A stretch of DNA of 64,000 nt from Psilocybe cubensis (Eukaryota): positions 372,001-436,000 of the forward strand of contig CM039010.1 in assembly GCA_017499595.2 (NCBI GenBank), read 5' to 3'. The notes under the pieces are model-generated. The model saw nothing but the letters and a program-made list of their open reading frames with translations. It did not search any database and was not told where the DNA came from. How positions within the stretch are numbered: the first letter of the stretch is position 1; every line of letters begins with the position of its first letter. The translations under genes and the position numbers were made by a program. Shown here piece after piece: positions 50,721 to 62,700 of this stretch.

Positions 50721-51377
50721 TGTATGTAAAGCAGAGTTTGAATCGTTATGTATGTAAAGTGGATTGTTGGAATGAAGTCGTATCTGAAGTTCAAATATCC
50801 CTTTCACTTCACTAATTTATACTAAAAGGAACCGAATAGCAGAAGCGAGATCTCCACAATAACTCAAAAAATATGGAGCTCTAGCAACACGAGTTTCAAT
50901 GCAGCTCGGATTGTTAATGAAAGTTTCATAACTGTATCACCAACATGGCTTTATATGACGCAAAATATTTCTCCAACCGTTGATAAAGGCGTCATAAGGT
51001 GATGCGGTGCTCCATCAGCGAGGCTGGACGCCAACCTGATTCATGGTCGGCTTCGCTACAGGCGCTTATCAGACTTGATGTTCGCAATAGCACGACTGTC
51101 CACTAACACTTTAGCTCAGAGATTCCACATTTCATGGATAGTGTATCCTCAATACCAGTTAATAACAAACACCATTGGTTTGGCGTATATGTCAACCTTT
51201 ATGAGATATTTTAACAGCTTAGAGGGTGGGGCGTTTGGAGTGTGAAATATAGAAAATATTTCAGACTAAACCAAGTCTGGCCTTTTCAAGGTTGGCCGCA
51301 AGATTTCAAAGGCGGCAGAACGGCTTTAGGCTTCTATTTCACACTCAGACTAAACATTCGGCAATTGCCATTCAATG

Positions 51378-51490
51378 TTCTGGAACCTTCCATGACGAGC
51401 GCCAATTTCTGGAAGGGCCGTGAAAGGTCTGCAGTTCACCAATAATATATTTCTAGTATTGTCTAGAGCATTTTCAATGAGGTATATAAA
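51378..51490 (+). promoter_or_regulatory. HSP20 copy 3 promoter: heat-shock element and TATA box
   Basis: TTCtgGAAccTTC at 51378-51390, a second TTCtgGAA near 51407 and TATATAAA at 51483-51490. Confidence 0.8.
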
Positions 51491-51554
51491 GAGGAGAATG
51501 GAAGGCTCATCCAGCAGTAACAAGCATCTCTCTGAACACAACACACAACACAAA

Positions 51555-52126
51555 ATGTCTAGCGTCTTCTTTTACGAACCATTCTACGACTTCGACCGCC
51601 TCTTTGACGAGGCTTTCGCTCGTCAAGGCGTGCCTAAAAATCAAGTCCAGCAACGAAACGGAGCTGGCGATGGCGCAGTGAGGTCTTTCAGACCAAGGTA
51701 AGCATCACCCACTCTCACATTATCTGGATGACTCTAACAAATGTCAAACAGAATGGACCTCCACGAAGACTCTGAGAAGAACCTTGTAACGGCTACATTT
51801 GAACTTCCTGGACTTGTCAAGGACAATGTGAACATTGATGTTCACAACAATCGCCTGACTGTCTCTGCTGAATCAAAGCAAGACAAGGAATTCCAGGAGA
51901 ATGGATATGCCGTGCGCGAGAGACAGTTTGGCAAGTTCTCTCGTACTCTCCAGCTCCCCGCTGGTGTCAAGGTTGGTAGAATATTTGCATGAATCTTAGG
52001 ATTTATAACTTATCTGAATTTGTACAGAGCGAGGAGATTAAAGCCAACATGGAGAACGGTATTCTCACTGTGACGTTCCCGAAATCCGCACCGGAGCTTG
52101 CACCAAAGAAAATTACCATTGCCTAA
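51555..52126 (+). CDS. Small heat-shock protein HSP20, copy 3
   Basis: Inverted, near-identical copy of copies 1 and 2 (572 nt, 3 exons). Confidence 0.93.
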
Positions 52127-52615
52127 ATGGCGTCCACCAACTGTATCCATTCGAACTCATACCCCGTTTTCATGCTGTGTATTTGTAATGAAGTTGTAAT
52201 TTGTAGTATCTTGTAATATAATTCACATTACACTCGTACTCCGGAATTTGAATACGAAGCAAAACGTTCAATTCGATATAAGCCACGGCAGAGGAAGCCA
52301 ATTTGCTATAATGCAACACCAACGATGGATATGCTTCTTGTGTCTTAGAAAAACCTTCTGCGATGCTCACTTTAAAGGCCCCAGTCTCAGCATAGTGCGG
52401 ATAATTGTGATTCTCTTAATCTTTGCCTGTATTGGTGTACTTGACAACGGAATTAGATTTGCACGGACTGATTCCGCGGTAGTCAATGAGGGTATTGAGG
52501 TGATTTTCGAACCTCGATGACTTGCTATTCGCATGTCTTCAGAGCTGTCGTTCATACTCAGAAAAAATATATTAGCACGAATATATTCAAAATCTAGGGA
52601 AATACAAAAATGTGA

Positions 52616-53312
52616 TTAAGCGGCCATCATGGCCGCCCTCCTCTTTTCAGAGACTTGGATAAGATATTTGATAGTTTCCCTAGCACTATCCAACAGACTA
52701 CAGATCAACACCATCCCGTAGAACATAAAGATGACTATACGCACGTGGCAGGACCATCTTTGCCTAAGCTCTGGCCAGCTAACTCTCTGGCCATTCGTGC
52801 TTTTTCGAGAGCAGGGTTCAACTTTGGGGGTAGTCGGACCACCAAAGGTTTTCTAGCCTCTTCTTCGGCAGGAGTGAGGAGTTCAAAGCGAGGTTCTGGA
52901 CGTCCTTTGTCTTCTAGACGTTTTGCACGAACTTTGAGGCGCAGTTTCATGCCCATATGTCCCAACGTGTCGGCCGGGGTTGTGTTGAGGTATTTATCCA
53001 AGCCGCCTTTCTATAAAGCCACGTTTGAATGATCAAGTCAGGGATTCTTGGTTTGAGAGAGCATTTAAAAGCAGGGCACACCGTCTTTATCGTCTTGAGC
53101 GCTCTCGTCGTCAACTTCATACGAACATTCTCTCCCAGTATCTCCGAATATATGCGCTTTTGCTGAACGTTAGGCAGCCATGAACGACGCGTTTTGTGTT
53201 TCGAGAAAGGGACGTTGTTTCCGTATTGTTTCATCTTCCCATGGAAAAGACCATTTTGAGAGCGCTTGAAGGGCTGGGATACGACGTCCCACAAGGCTTT
53301 GCTTGGGAACAT
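52616..53312 (-). CDS. MRPL24: Mitochondrial ribosomal protein bL28m (L24)
   Basis: FKRSQNGLFHGKMKQYGNNVPFSKHKTRRSWLPNVQQKRIYSEILG..MKLTTRALKTIK..GGLDKYL (L28 family). The last exon boundary is approximate. Confidence 0.85.
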
Positions 53313-54826
53313 GTGGCTTGATAGTCGAGTTCCTCCAGTATCGTCGTCGTCGTCAGCTTCCGACGCGGCGACTCGTTTTTTATTTGTTGTTATTTGGAAC
53401 AAAATCCGTTGGCCTTTCCGATGGCTCTGATCCGAGTCTTGTCTCTCACTGCATTCGCCAACACAAATTACTATACAATTTTCGATGCCCAACGATCCAA
53501 CGTTTTTTTGGAGAACCGTTACAGTTCCCTGCCTATCGATATAAGACGCGTTGACTCAACCTCGACCATTGCCGGGATCTCTTTTTGTGCAATACTTTAT
53601 ACTCTCTAAAAGTAGAACAAGGTCCAAGAAGTGTCTGTGAAACTCCTGCTCGACATGGGATCCAAGCGGGATACTATAAACAGCAATTTTTGTCCATTGT
53701 ACCTTTGTTGAGAAAGAGGAAGTAACCCCTTATCACTGAAGAGTAACACTTTCTTGTAAGTCAGCAATCGCTCTGGACCTCGGTCCCGTTTTCAATTCGA
53801 TTCGTGAGCGCTGAAGCCATGTGACAGAAACCTACGCAGCTTTTAGTGTCGAGGATACCTACTCAGTTCAACGGAGACGACACCCGAATGTTTACAGATT
53901 CCGGAAAAAATTGGGAGAGTTGGTAGCTGTTGGTAGGTGGTCATTGTTCTCCTCTGAGCTTTTCAATCGTCGTGGTTATTTTCATACTTTTGGCTATAGT
54001 GGCTTTGAACTGCGCAACTATGGCACCGATGTGATGTCTTTTTTACAAGGACTGAGAAGCCCCGAATGTCAAAATGGCATCGACGCTCCCACCATGCAAC
54101 ACGCTTCGAGATCGCACTTTTACCGTCATAGAGAATAAGAGCAACATCGAAAGATTATTCAAAACTTTTCGGCGAAACTGAACGCGTAGTAAGCTTGTGT
54201 GATTGTGCCCAACCACTAAAGTCTCTATAATTGGATCCCATTTTGCACGGCACATGCACTGTTTGAGTGAGTAATTTCTGAAGCTATTTGGCGTCTCCGA
54301 ATAATCCTATCTTTCAGTTATGATTCCAGTAGGTTCATTTTTGTCAACCAACAAATAAATAGGACTGCCTTCCGTATCAAAGTCAAAGGAAATTGAAATC
54401 CTTTGCATGGTCCTCAGTTTCCATGCATCGCCCGCTTTATGTACCAGATTACGGATTTTCTCGGGGAGTGTGAGAGTATCCCTACACCTTAGCAGCCAAG
54501 AGCAGGTTTCAAAAACGTGAAATGCGAGAAGCGTAAAAGCTAAATCTAGATCATGGATGAACCAAATCCGGAGGTATCGGGGCCTCCGGCTAGATGCCAT
54601 TCCCTCCGGACATGGAAAATGTTGTACGTATCGCCCAATCTTACGCACCAATCGACCCTAGCCGCTGGAATGGCTGAAATCTATATAAATCTGGCCGCGT
54701 TCGGTTTGCGTCTTTTTCCCGACACCCATTTTCTCCCCCTTGAAGTGTCCATCGATTGTGGCCTTCTTCCTCTGCGCTTTTGATAGATTCAGGGTGCTCA
54801 ACGTTCATTCGTTATAATTTATTCAC

Positions 54827-56298
54827 ATGCCGGCCGAAAGACGAAAGAAATCTACCAAACAGCAGGAGACTGGAATCGGTGAGTCTCAAATGGCAGCGCG
54901 CCGTCTCAGGAAATTGACCCACCCATCAAAGACCAAGACGCGACGCGTTTGACAACACAGCAAGAGTCCAGAGTGGAGCTCTCACACTCGCCAGTATCGC
55001 CGGTAACAGAGGACTCCCTTTCATCGCCGCTCTCTGACTCGATTGCGTTTAAATTCGAGCAAGATGTTTCCGAGCCTCGACGAACCTTCCACGGCAGAAA
55101 GAAACCAGTTGATCACATTCCCCGTCCACCAAATGCCTTCATTCTCTTTCGCTCTATGTTCATCAAAAGCCGGCATGTCTCCACTGGAGTGGAAACGAAC
55201 CACAGCACGCTCTCGAAGATCATCGGCCTGACCTGGCAAAACCTTCCGGAAGAGGAACGCCAGAAATGGCATATCAAAGCCAAGCATGCGCAGGACGAGC
55301 ACAAACGTCAATTTCCTCAATACTCCTTCAAGCCTGTTCACACCAAGGCAAAGAACGGCGAACGCAAGAAAATTCGCGAAGTTGGCCCCAAGGACCAGAA
55401 ACGCTGTCAGAAGATAGCAGAGCTATTGGTTAGCGGTACGAAGGGGGAAGCCCTTGAGGCAGCGATTCACGAGTTTGACAAGACCCATGTTCCTGAAATC
55501 ATTACGCGTTTTGACACGCCCATTACTGCGAACAGCTTTTCGCCGACGTCTGTCTCTCCAGCGGAACGACAACCTAGCCCTGCCGTTTCGCTTAAAAGAA
55601 AAGTAACACCTAACATTCTCGATCGCACCAAGTCTTCTCCCCCTCGTCCAAGCATAACTATACCATCATCCCCCAAAGAGGAACCCCACGAGGCATCACC
55701 TGCCATACCATTCTACGAAAATTCACTCTTTACTAACCCCCAACCTTCGTTTGTAAGTTTAAATTTGTTTACATTATTTTAAATCTGATCAGCTTCACTC
55801 TAGGATTATGACACGTTCACTTTCTCTACTTCACACTCCACTCCGACTATTTACCATGGAGAGGCCTACACGCAGGACGTTAGGCCCGCTGACCCTTCGT
55901 TTGACTCACCCGTGACTCAAGACCCATCTATGTTATTCCCACCTGCCGAATACAGAGGCGGAGAAGAGTGGACACGGCAAAGCTCACCTCTTTCGAACGC
56001 GACTGGTAGCATGCCCTCGACTCCTTCTCATCTAAGCATTCCATTCCCAGAGCCGTATAGCACGTTTACTCCAGAGGCCGCTTCTGATTACGCTTCCATA
56101 CACACCCCCTTCCCCGACTATTCGAACTACTCCTATGCGGCGATGTCAGAGCCGGTATATGAAATCAAAGACTCCCGAACTTCATCTTCTGGGTTCCACG
56201 CATTCTCATCAGAAGCAGTCCAGCAGGCGCCTACTATGCTTCGAGACGATGTGGACTTTTCCACGCTGATGCACTCGCTCACCTCGTATTCGCTTTAA
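54827..56298 (+). CDS. HMG-box transcription factor (MATA_HMG/Rox1-like), 3 exons
   Basis: HIPRPPNAFILFRS...LSKIIGLTWQNLPEEERQKW..A...HKRQFPQYSFKP, followed by a Ser/Pro-rich tail. Confidence 0.88.
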
Positions 56299-56828
56299 TT
56301 CTTTTGTTCTGCACTAGGATATCAGAAGCGCCATAACTTATGGTCTATGTATTCGTCTAGGTTTGACGTTATCTGTTCCCCCCTTTTTTTTAGTTTACTT
56401 CTAGGCATCTGGCGGGTGCCCGCTATGGGCATCAACCCGCTTTGTTAAACATACTATCACCGGAATGGCCCATGGATTGTATCGAGGGCTGTACATGATA
56501 CCCGTCATCGTATACCATTATATGTAACACGCATTGTACTTATTCCTTCTTTACAACCTCTTAACGTCAGTAGCTGACGTACCTTATCTGTACTATGTAC
56601 CACATTTTCTTTTCATGAAATAGGAAAACACGTAATTCTATATTAATCTTGTCTGATGACGATGTCAAATGACAAATAAGAAAGGCTTGCTTTTTGATGG
56701 AGTGTTAATAAAACTTTAATCCACCGGGACCGAGGGTCATACATGAATTCGTACCCCCGTTTCCAACAAGAGATGGGCGCGCCCTCTTTTGATGATATGT
56801 TATTGAAATTTACAACATTAATGAATAA

Positions 56829-59025
56829 CTACACTCTCTTTGAGTCCGAGACGGCGACATTGGACGGTGTCCCGAAACCGGGGTGCGTGTGAACTGGCCC
56901 ATTGAAGTGCTTTCTTCCCCAAAACGCCCAGGTGAACCCAACAATCAGCATGATACCCCCGATTGACACTACGGAGTAGTTCATGTTGAATTGGGTAACA
57001 GGGCTGGCAGTAGGCAGGATGAACAGAATGCAAATAAAGACGATGAACTGCATCAAGGGCAAATTTACGCGGGATTGTCAGTAACGCAACTCAATTGTGA
57101 TAGGTATGCGCACCGCAAAGCTAGCCAAATTGATCCACCACGACCATTGTCCAAGGTGAAAGGGACCGCGTTCCTTCATTCTTGGGATAATTCAATTAGA
57201 TTTTAGCAGGCATCTCCGATGATATGACGGATGTAAGCATACGCTGATGGCCAAAAGACCCTGATAATGATAGGTTGCAAATATCCAAGCATGACCGATA
57301 TTGCTGCAGACGATAAAATTGCATTGAACTGGGGAAATTGAGCTGCCAGGCACGATCATTGCGGAACGAATATGGGCGCTTACCGCAATAATGGAGCCTA
57401 TGTAAGCGCAAGATATAAGGCATCCTATCAAGACAGACAACCAGACCCCGACATATGGCGCTTGAAATCTATTCAAAGACATGAAGTGGCGCTTCATCGG
57501 AAACGCCTCATCACGGGCCAGCGCATAAAAAAGTCTGGAACTCGCTGTGAATGCGGTGGCAGCGGCCATGAACTGAGCTAACGTGATAACTGTAAGGCAC
57601 ATCAGTGTCAGTCGTCGTCCGACGGCATCAAAATACAGCTGTGCGATGGGGATGGCGTAGGATGTAGACTGTACACTTGCAATACTTTGCACCGAGAAAA
57701 GAAGGGCGATCATATAGGCCAGTCCGACCACCCATGAGCCAACAATGCTCCCGACAACGGCTACAGGCGCGAGGAACTCTGCACGACGTGCTTCTTCAGC
57801 GACTTGTGCTGCTGTTTCACAGCCCTCCAAAGTATATACTGCCTAGTTCACATATGCACTGAGTTCATATTTAAAACAATAACGACTCTATTGTATTACC
57901 TGCAAGAATCCGAGCAGAACAACAAATCCCTTCGATTGCCATCCTGTAAAGCTAACCAGTGACATATTAACATCATTCGCAACCAATATACTGCCATAAA
58001 AATTCCTTACTTTTCGTAATCCGTGAACACAAAGGCACCAGAGTTCTATAACTTGCTTATCATTTTAATGCATCAATTGGCCTGTAATTTGAACATACCT
58101 TGTCGGGTGCTTTGACAAGAAGTGTGATGACAAGCACCAGTGTACCACCTATTGTCCACCACATATTAAATGAACTCATCCGACCTATGGCCTTTGTTCC
58201 GACAGTGTTCAAGACGCCGGATGCAACATTGACGCCCCATGCAATAGCGGCAATCTCCACGCGCTTAAGTGTAGTCTGTTGCCCTATTTCTACAAGTGAC
58301 GCGATATATAATGCTACACTATAGGAGGACCTAAACAACTCCAAAACAGATTATTACAGATCCGAGAAACTTACCTCAAATTACCAGATGTTCCTGTGAG
58401 AACCATAGCAATCGTATATATCCATCCAGTACAGACTACCAAGAAAAGTCAGCGCTCAGGATGATTCAAATTGGAATATGACTTAGGCGCACAGCCAAGC
58501 GCAGGAGCGTCAGGTTTCATTTTGCAAACCCAAAAATATAAGCCTCCCATGGTTGGACTGTTATGATTTATTATTTGACATTTCATATCACAAGGGAGTC
58601 AATGACACATACTATGCGCTGCAAATTTCTGCCAAACTCAAAGCTATGAATAACATGAACAATGAGCATATCTCAAAGTACACGCTTCAGGTGGTCAAGC
58701 TTCGAAAACATCAAAGAAAATCACACACATTCCAACCCCAAAAGAGTCCTGTTGTGAGTCTAATTAGCATTAGTGTGAACAGAAATGGGTGCGAATTCGC
58801 ACCTAGGGGACCGCCCGAAAACAAGCCCGTCTGAAATGCGCTACTCATTCCCGTCAATATTCCAATGGCACAGAACGACATGCCTAGGACGCCGAAGAAG
58901 GACATCTCCCTTCTGAATTCGACGCGATAGCCTAGCTCCCGGAGACGCTTATTGGATTCATCGCCATCTTCATCATGCAACCCATCCTCCACCTTCATCT
59001 CTGCCGTTGGAAGAGAGTCTTGCAT
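56829..59025 (-). CDS. APC-superfamily amino-acid permease (GABA/choline transporter-like)
   Basis: LRELGYRVEFRREMSFFGVLGMSF, SGGP, LAEICSA..PTMGGLYFW, EGCETAAQVAEE, ASSRLFYALARD and MNYSVV..WGRKHFNGP. Confidence 0.88.
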
Positions 59026-60245
59026 CTTGATTGCGTCCGTCAATGGGATTCTCGAATGGTACCGAGAGAACCAGGATAACCCATCCTACCCTCCATGCAA
59101 GATGCGTGTGACTGTACCTCGTGGCAATCTTTGGATGGTCCCACTTATTTTAAGTGCATTGTGAGGTTGTTTTCATTTTACTGGCGGGATATTGATTGCG
59201 GCATGCGCCATTTGAAATTGTGCTTGGACTTCATCAATCAATTAGAGGGGAGTCAGGACGGCCCTGAATCTGCACGCCTTCACATCTTTTACCTTCGATT
59301 TCCTTAGGTAATTACAAATGATCGTTTGACCTGGTTGAAGAATCCTGGCTCCATTGATTCTTACCACAGATTATCTATATCAATTATCATTTAGTCCACC
59401 GTACAGGGATGGCTGCCCAGTGCCACTTTGATCATGCCTGATTGGATGTCTTGCGCTGAAGCGGAAATACCATTGTCACTTGACCCACACGGACCGGTGC
59501 TGTGATACGAATGCATATTGTTAGCGCCCAAAATCGATAATCAGAGCCAGTTTGAAGTTGTCGTTTGGTAAGACATCGGTGTTACATCGCTCAAAACAAT
59601 CATACTGACTTGACTCAAGACTTTTGACATTGATTAATACAGTCCATGTAGTCTGGAGAAAGCCGTCCGTGTTTGTTTGAGCTGATCATAACTTGACAAT
59701 GATATCAGTATTCTTGGTTCATCATTTACTCCACAAACAGGATATTTGACAAGGGAGTGTAAGTTAGTACGCAAAATGAGTACGTTTGTAGTGAGCAGGT
59801 GTAGTTGGTAGTTAAAGCACTAGGTACTCCATTGACGATTACCCAGTAACTCTTTTACAAAACATTCAGACATGCACAACTCTGTTAATTATAGTTCCAG
59901 GAACAGGCTTAAAGTCAATTTCATCTACACACGAGGTTTATTTTGAGATATTTATCAAGAGTGGGGTGATTACATTGTCATACATAGCCATACTCTATGC
60001 ACTACCATTATGAATCTGTTTCAAGTTTTGATATGTATACTTCACGGCATGATTTCTGAAATTGGGCATGGGGCCTGATAGCCAACAGAGCATGGAGGAG
60101 AAATCGGCAACCAGTAATACCAGGGCGCTGTACGATTTGGTTGGTTTTTCTCAGGGAATGAAAAAAATGGTGGTATAAAATTCCTCACCTCAGGAATTTG
60201 TGTATCCCCTGGCTTCATAGTAATTTTTCCACTATCGAACGAGAT

Positions 60246-61769
60246 ATGGCTGCTCCAGGACCATCCGGACCACCAGTTGTTGTTGGAGGACCTCCATCAA
60301 TACCACACAGTGCACTGGTTCAGCAAAAACAAGGCCAAGCTACTACGATATGGGCGATCGGGGCGTACGTTGATCCAACCATTATCCGAATCGTCTCCGA
60401 CATTAATGCCACCGTAGATTTTGTATTTTTGGATGGGAGCTTCTTCTATGCCTTCCTAAGGAGTACAGGTTGATATGGAGGAGACCGCTTAATGCAAGTC
60501 AGGAATGTAAAATCTTACTTGATCATTGATGCTGACTGGCCTTTACCGACAGTTCTCTAGTATTTTGTACTTAGGTTCGTCATAATATCACTCGGATTCT
60601 GCTAACTTCATATCGACATACACATACATAGCCAATCGATACTTTGGAGCACTTCAGTAAGCGCAATATTTCTAAAGAGAATCTGACACCCGTGGATTTC
60701 ATTACGCTTTAATAGACTTTCCTTCGTGGTCTCCTTGGTAGCCAACGCCTGGGGTCCCTCGGCCTGTAATCGTGAGTAATAAGCGCCCGTTCGCTACAGG
60801 TGTTGTAGAAAATTCCTCATAACTTTTCTGGATAGATGTATATTTGTTTGAACCAGTTGGTGCTCTTATTTCGACCGTGATTTCGCAATTGATATTGGGG
60901 AGCCGTGTATACGCTGTAAAAATTTCTGTTTCTAAACCGTTTCTTAATCTGACATATCCGAAATTCAGATTTATGGACAAAGCAAACCTATAGCAGCACT
61001 ACTGGGGGTAACACTGGTCGTTGAAATAGTCATTGGAGGGATATCAATCAGCACCACTTCCGCACGACCTTCCGTTCCAGGTCCCCCTTCTGCCCAACCA
61101 CCCTGCGGCGCGTTGATGGGTCCCTTTGGCTGGCTTCTGGCATTCTGGGTATGTTTTAATGATCAAAATGGGTTCAATATTTACCACCTTGCCTACTAGG
61201 TTATTCCTCTTCTGTATGATAGCTTGACATTCATGTAAGCATGCGTTTAGCTTCAAACAAGGATTAAAATGCTTATATCTCTATTTTGGTAGCCTCACGG
61301 CATGGAAGGCATATGACTTTTGGAAGAAGGAAGTTAATACACCTCTTTTCTCTGTCATGTGGCGTGATGGCATCTTATATTTCTTTGCCATTTTCTCCAT
61401 GAACGCAGCCAATGTGATAATATTTCTTACCGTTCCAAAAGCCTTGAGAGCTGTAAACTTGACGTCAGTGACTCATTCTCAACTTTTTAAAGTGATATAA
61501 AACTTACGAATTCATATGATGATAGACCAACGCTCATTTTAGAGATCGTTCTGTCTTGCAGACTCGTCCTCAACCTCAGAGAATCACATGGCCGTTCTAC
61601 ACCCCGTCCCTACTATCCCAAAGGGAGCTCCAATGGAAGGTTGCGCTCTGACTCGAGCCGTGGAAACGGCACTTCTACCGAAGAAAAAAACACGAGTAAT
61701 TTTGAGGATACAGATATAACTCTCCAACCAGCTCGCAAGTTGGACACCTACAACTCCAACATAAAAATA
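60246..61769 (+). CDS. DUF6533-like multi-pass membrane protein, paralog 2
   Basis: QQKQGQATTIWAIGA; GWELLLCLPKEYRLIW; WRDGILYFFAIFSMN; LSCRLVLNLRE. Exon pattern matches the 5648-7183 gene. Confidence 0.75.
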
Positions 61770-62700
61770 ACTCAGCTTCACGAGCAATGGAGAGCGTAGC
61801 AACATATTAGGAAGAAGAAACCAAGGAATCAGAATGGGACTTCATTATGCTATTTATATCATAAGTTGGTGTAGTTAACATTGAGGCCTTCAAGAGGCTT
61901 TCACTGTCTTTTTGAATGGCAATAGATTCCGAGTCTATTAAATTTTAATCAAGTTTGCCAAAATCAGAACTGGGTTACTCTGCGGTACCTTTTTTGCAAA
62001 AGAAGCGTTGTTGTTTGTGACTACTGGCCTGTCTAGCCCTGTCTTAAGGTTCGGGTACGCAACAACTGAAGCCTAGAATCCATAGATTCGAGGCAAGCGT
62101 CATCACGACCAGCAAGCATATGACTATTTACTTGTTTGACCGTGTACGTGATCTTCACTAGTTCTTTAAATTGTGAGTGGAAAAATTCCCAAGATTTGTC
62201 ACCTTACCTACAAGTGACAATATCCGGTAACCTAGGCGGTATTACGACGTCTCTCACGGGACTGGTCAGTGCCAAAGTGCCGTGCAAGTTTGTAGCAAAT
62301 TTTCTGGAATGCCAGACCTTTCACCATCAGATTTATACTTGATTCAATTAAGTCTTTATATCTCTTATCGTTTTCTGTCTTGCTTGTTCAGCAAATAAGC
62401 ACCCAGTGTTGCAAATATGAAAGTCGTTGTGTCTTCAATCCGCGACAGTCCGACAGAATTGTGAAGAATCAACTATTAATTAGCCTGCAGTTCAGTCGAC
62501 AGGGAATTTCTTAAGAACGCCGACGACAGTCTCCACTGAGATGATCACCCTGGTCGACCTTCAGCCGTGGTCATGGAAAATTGAATTGAACATTCGTAGT
62601 TCACGTCTCAGGAAATTCGAACGCGACTACTTTGATTTCGTGTGTTAATTGCGCATAAAAGAGGACAGCTCAAAGTCTGAATACTGCATATTTGCCATCC

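Noticed and set aside
54827-56298. Mating-type locus suggested by the HMG box
   Set aside because: Agaricomycete mating type uses homeodomain and pheromone/receptor loci, and neither is present here.
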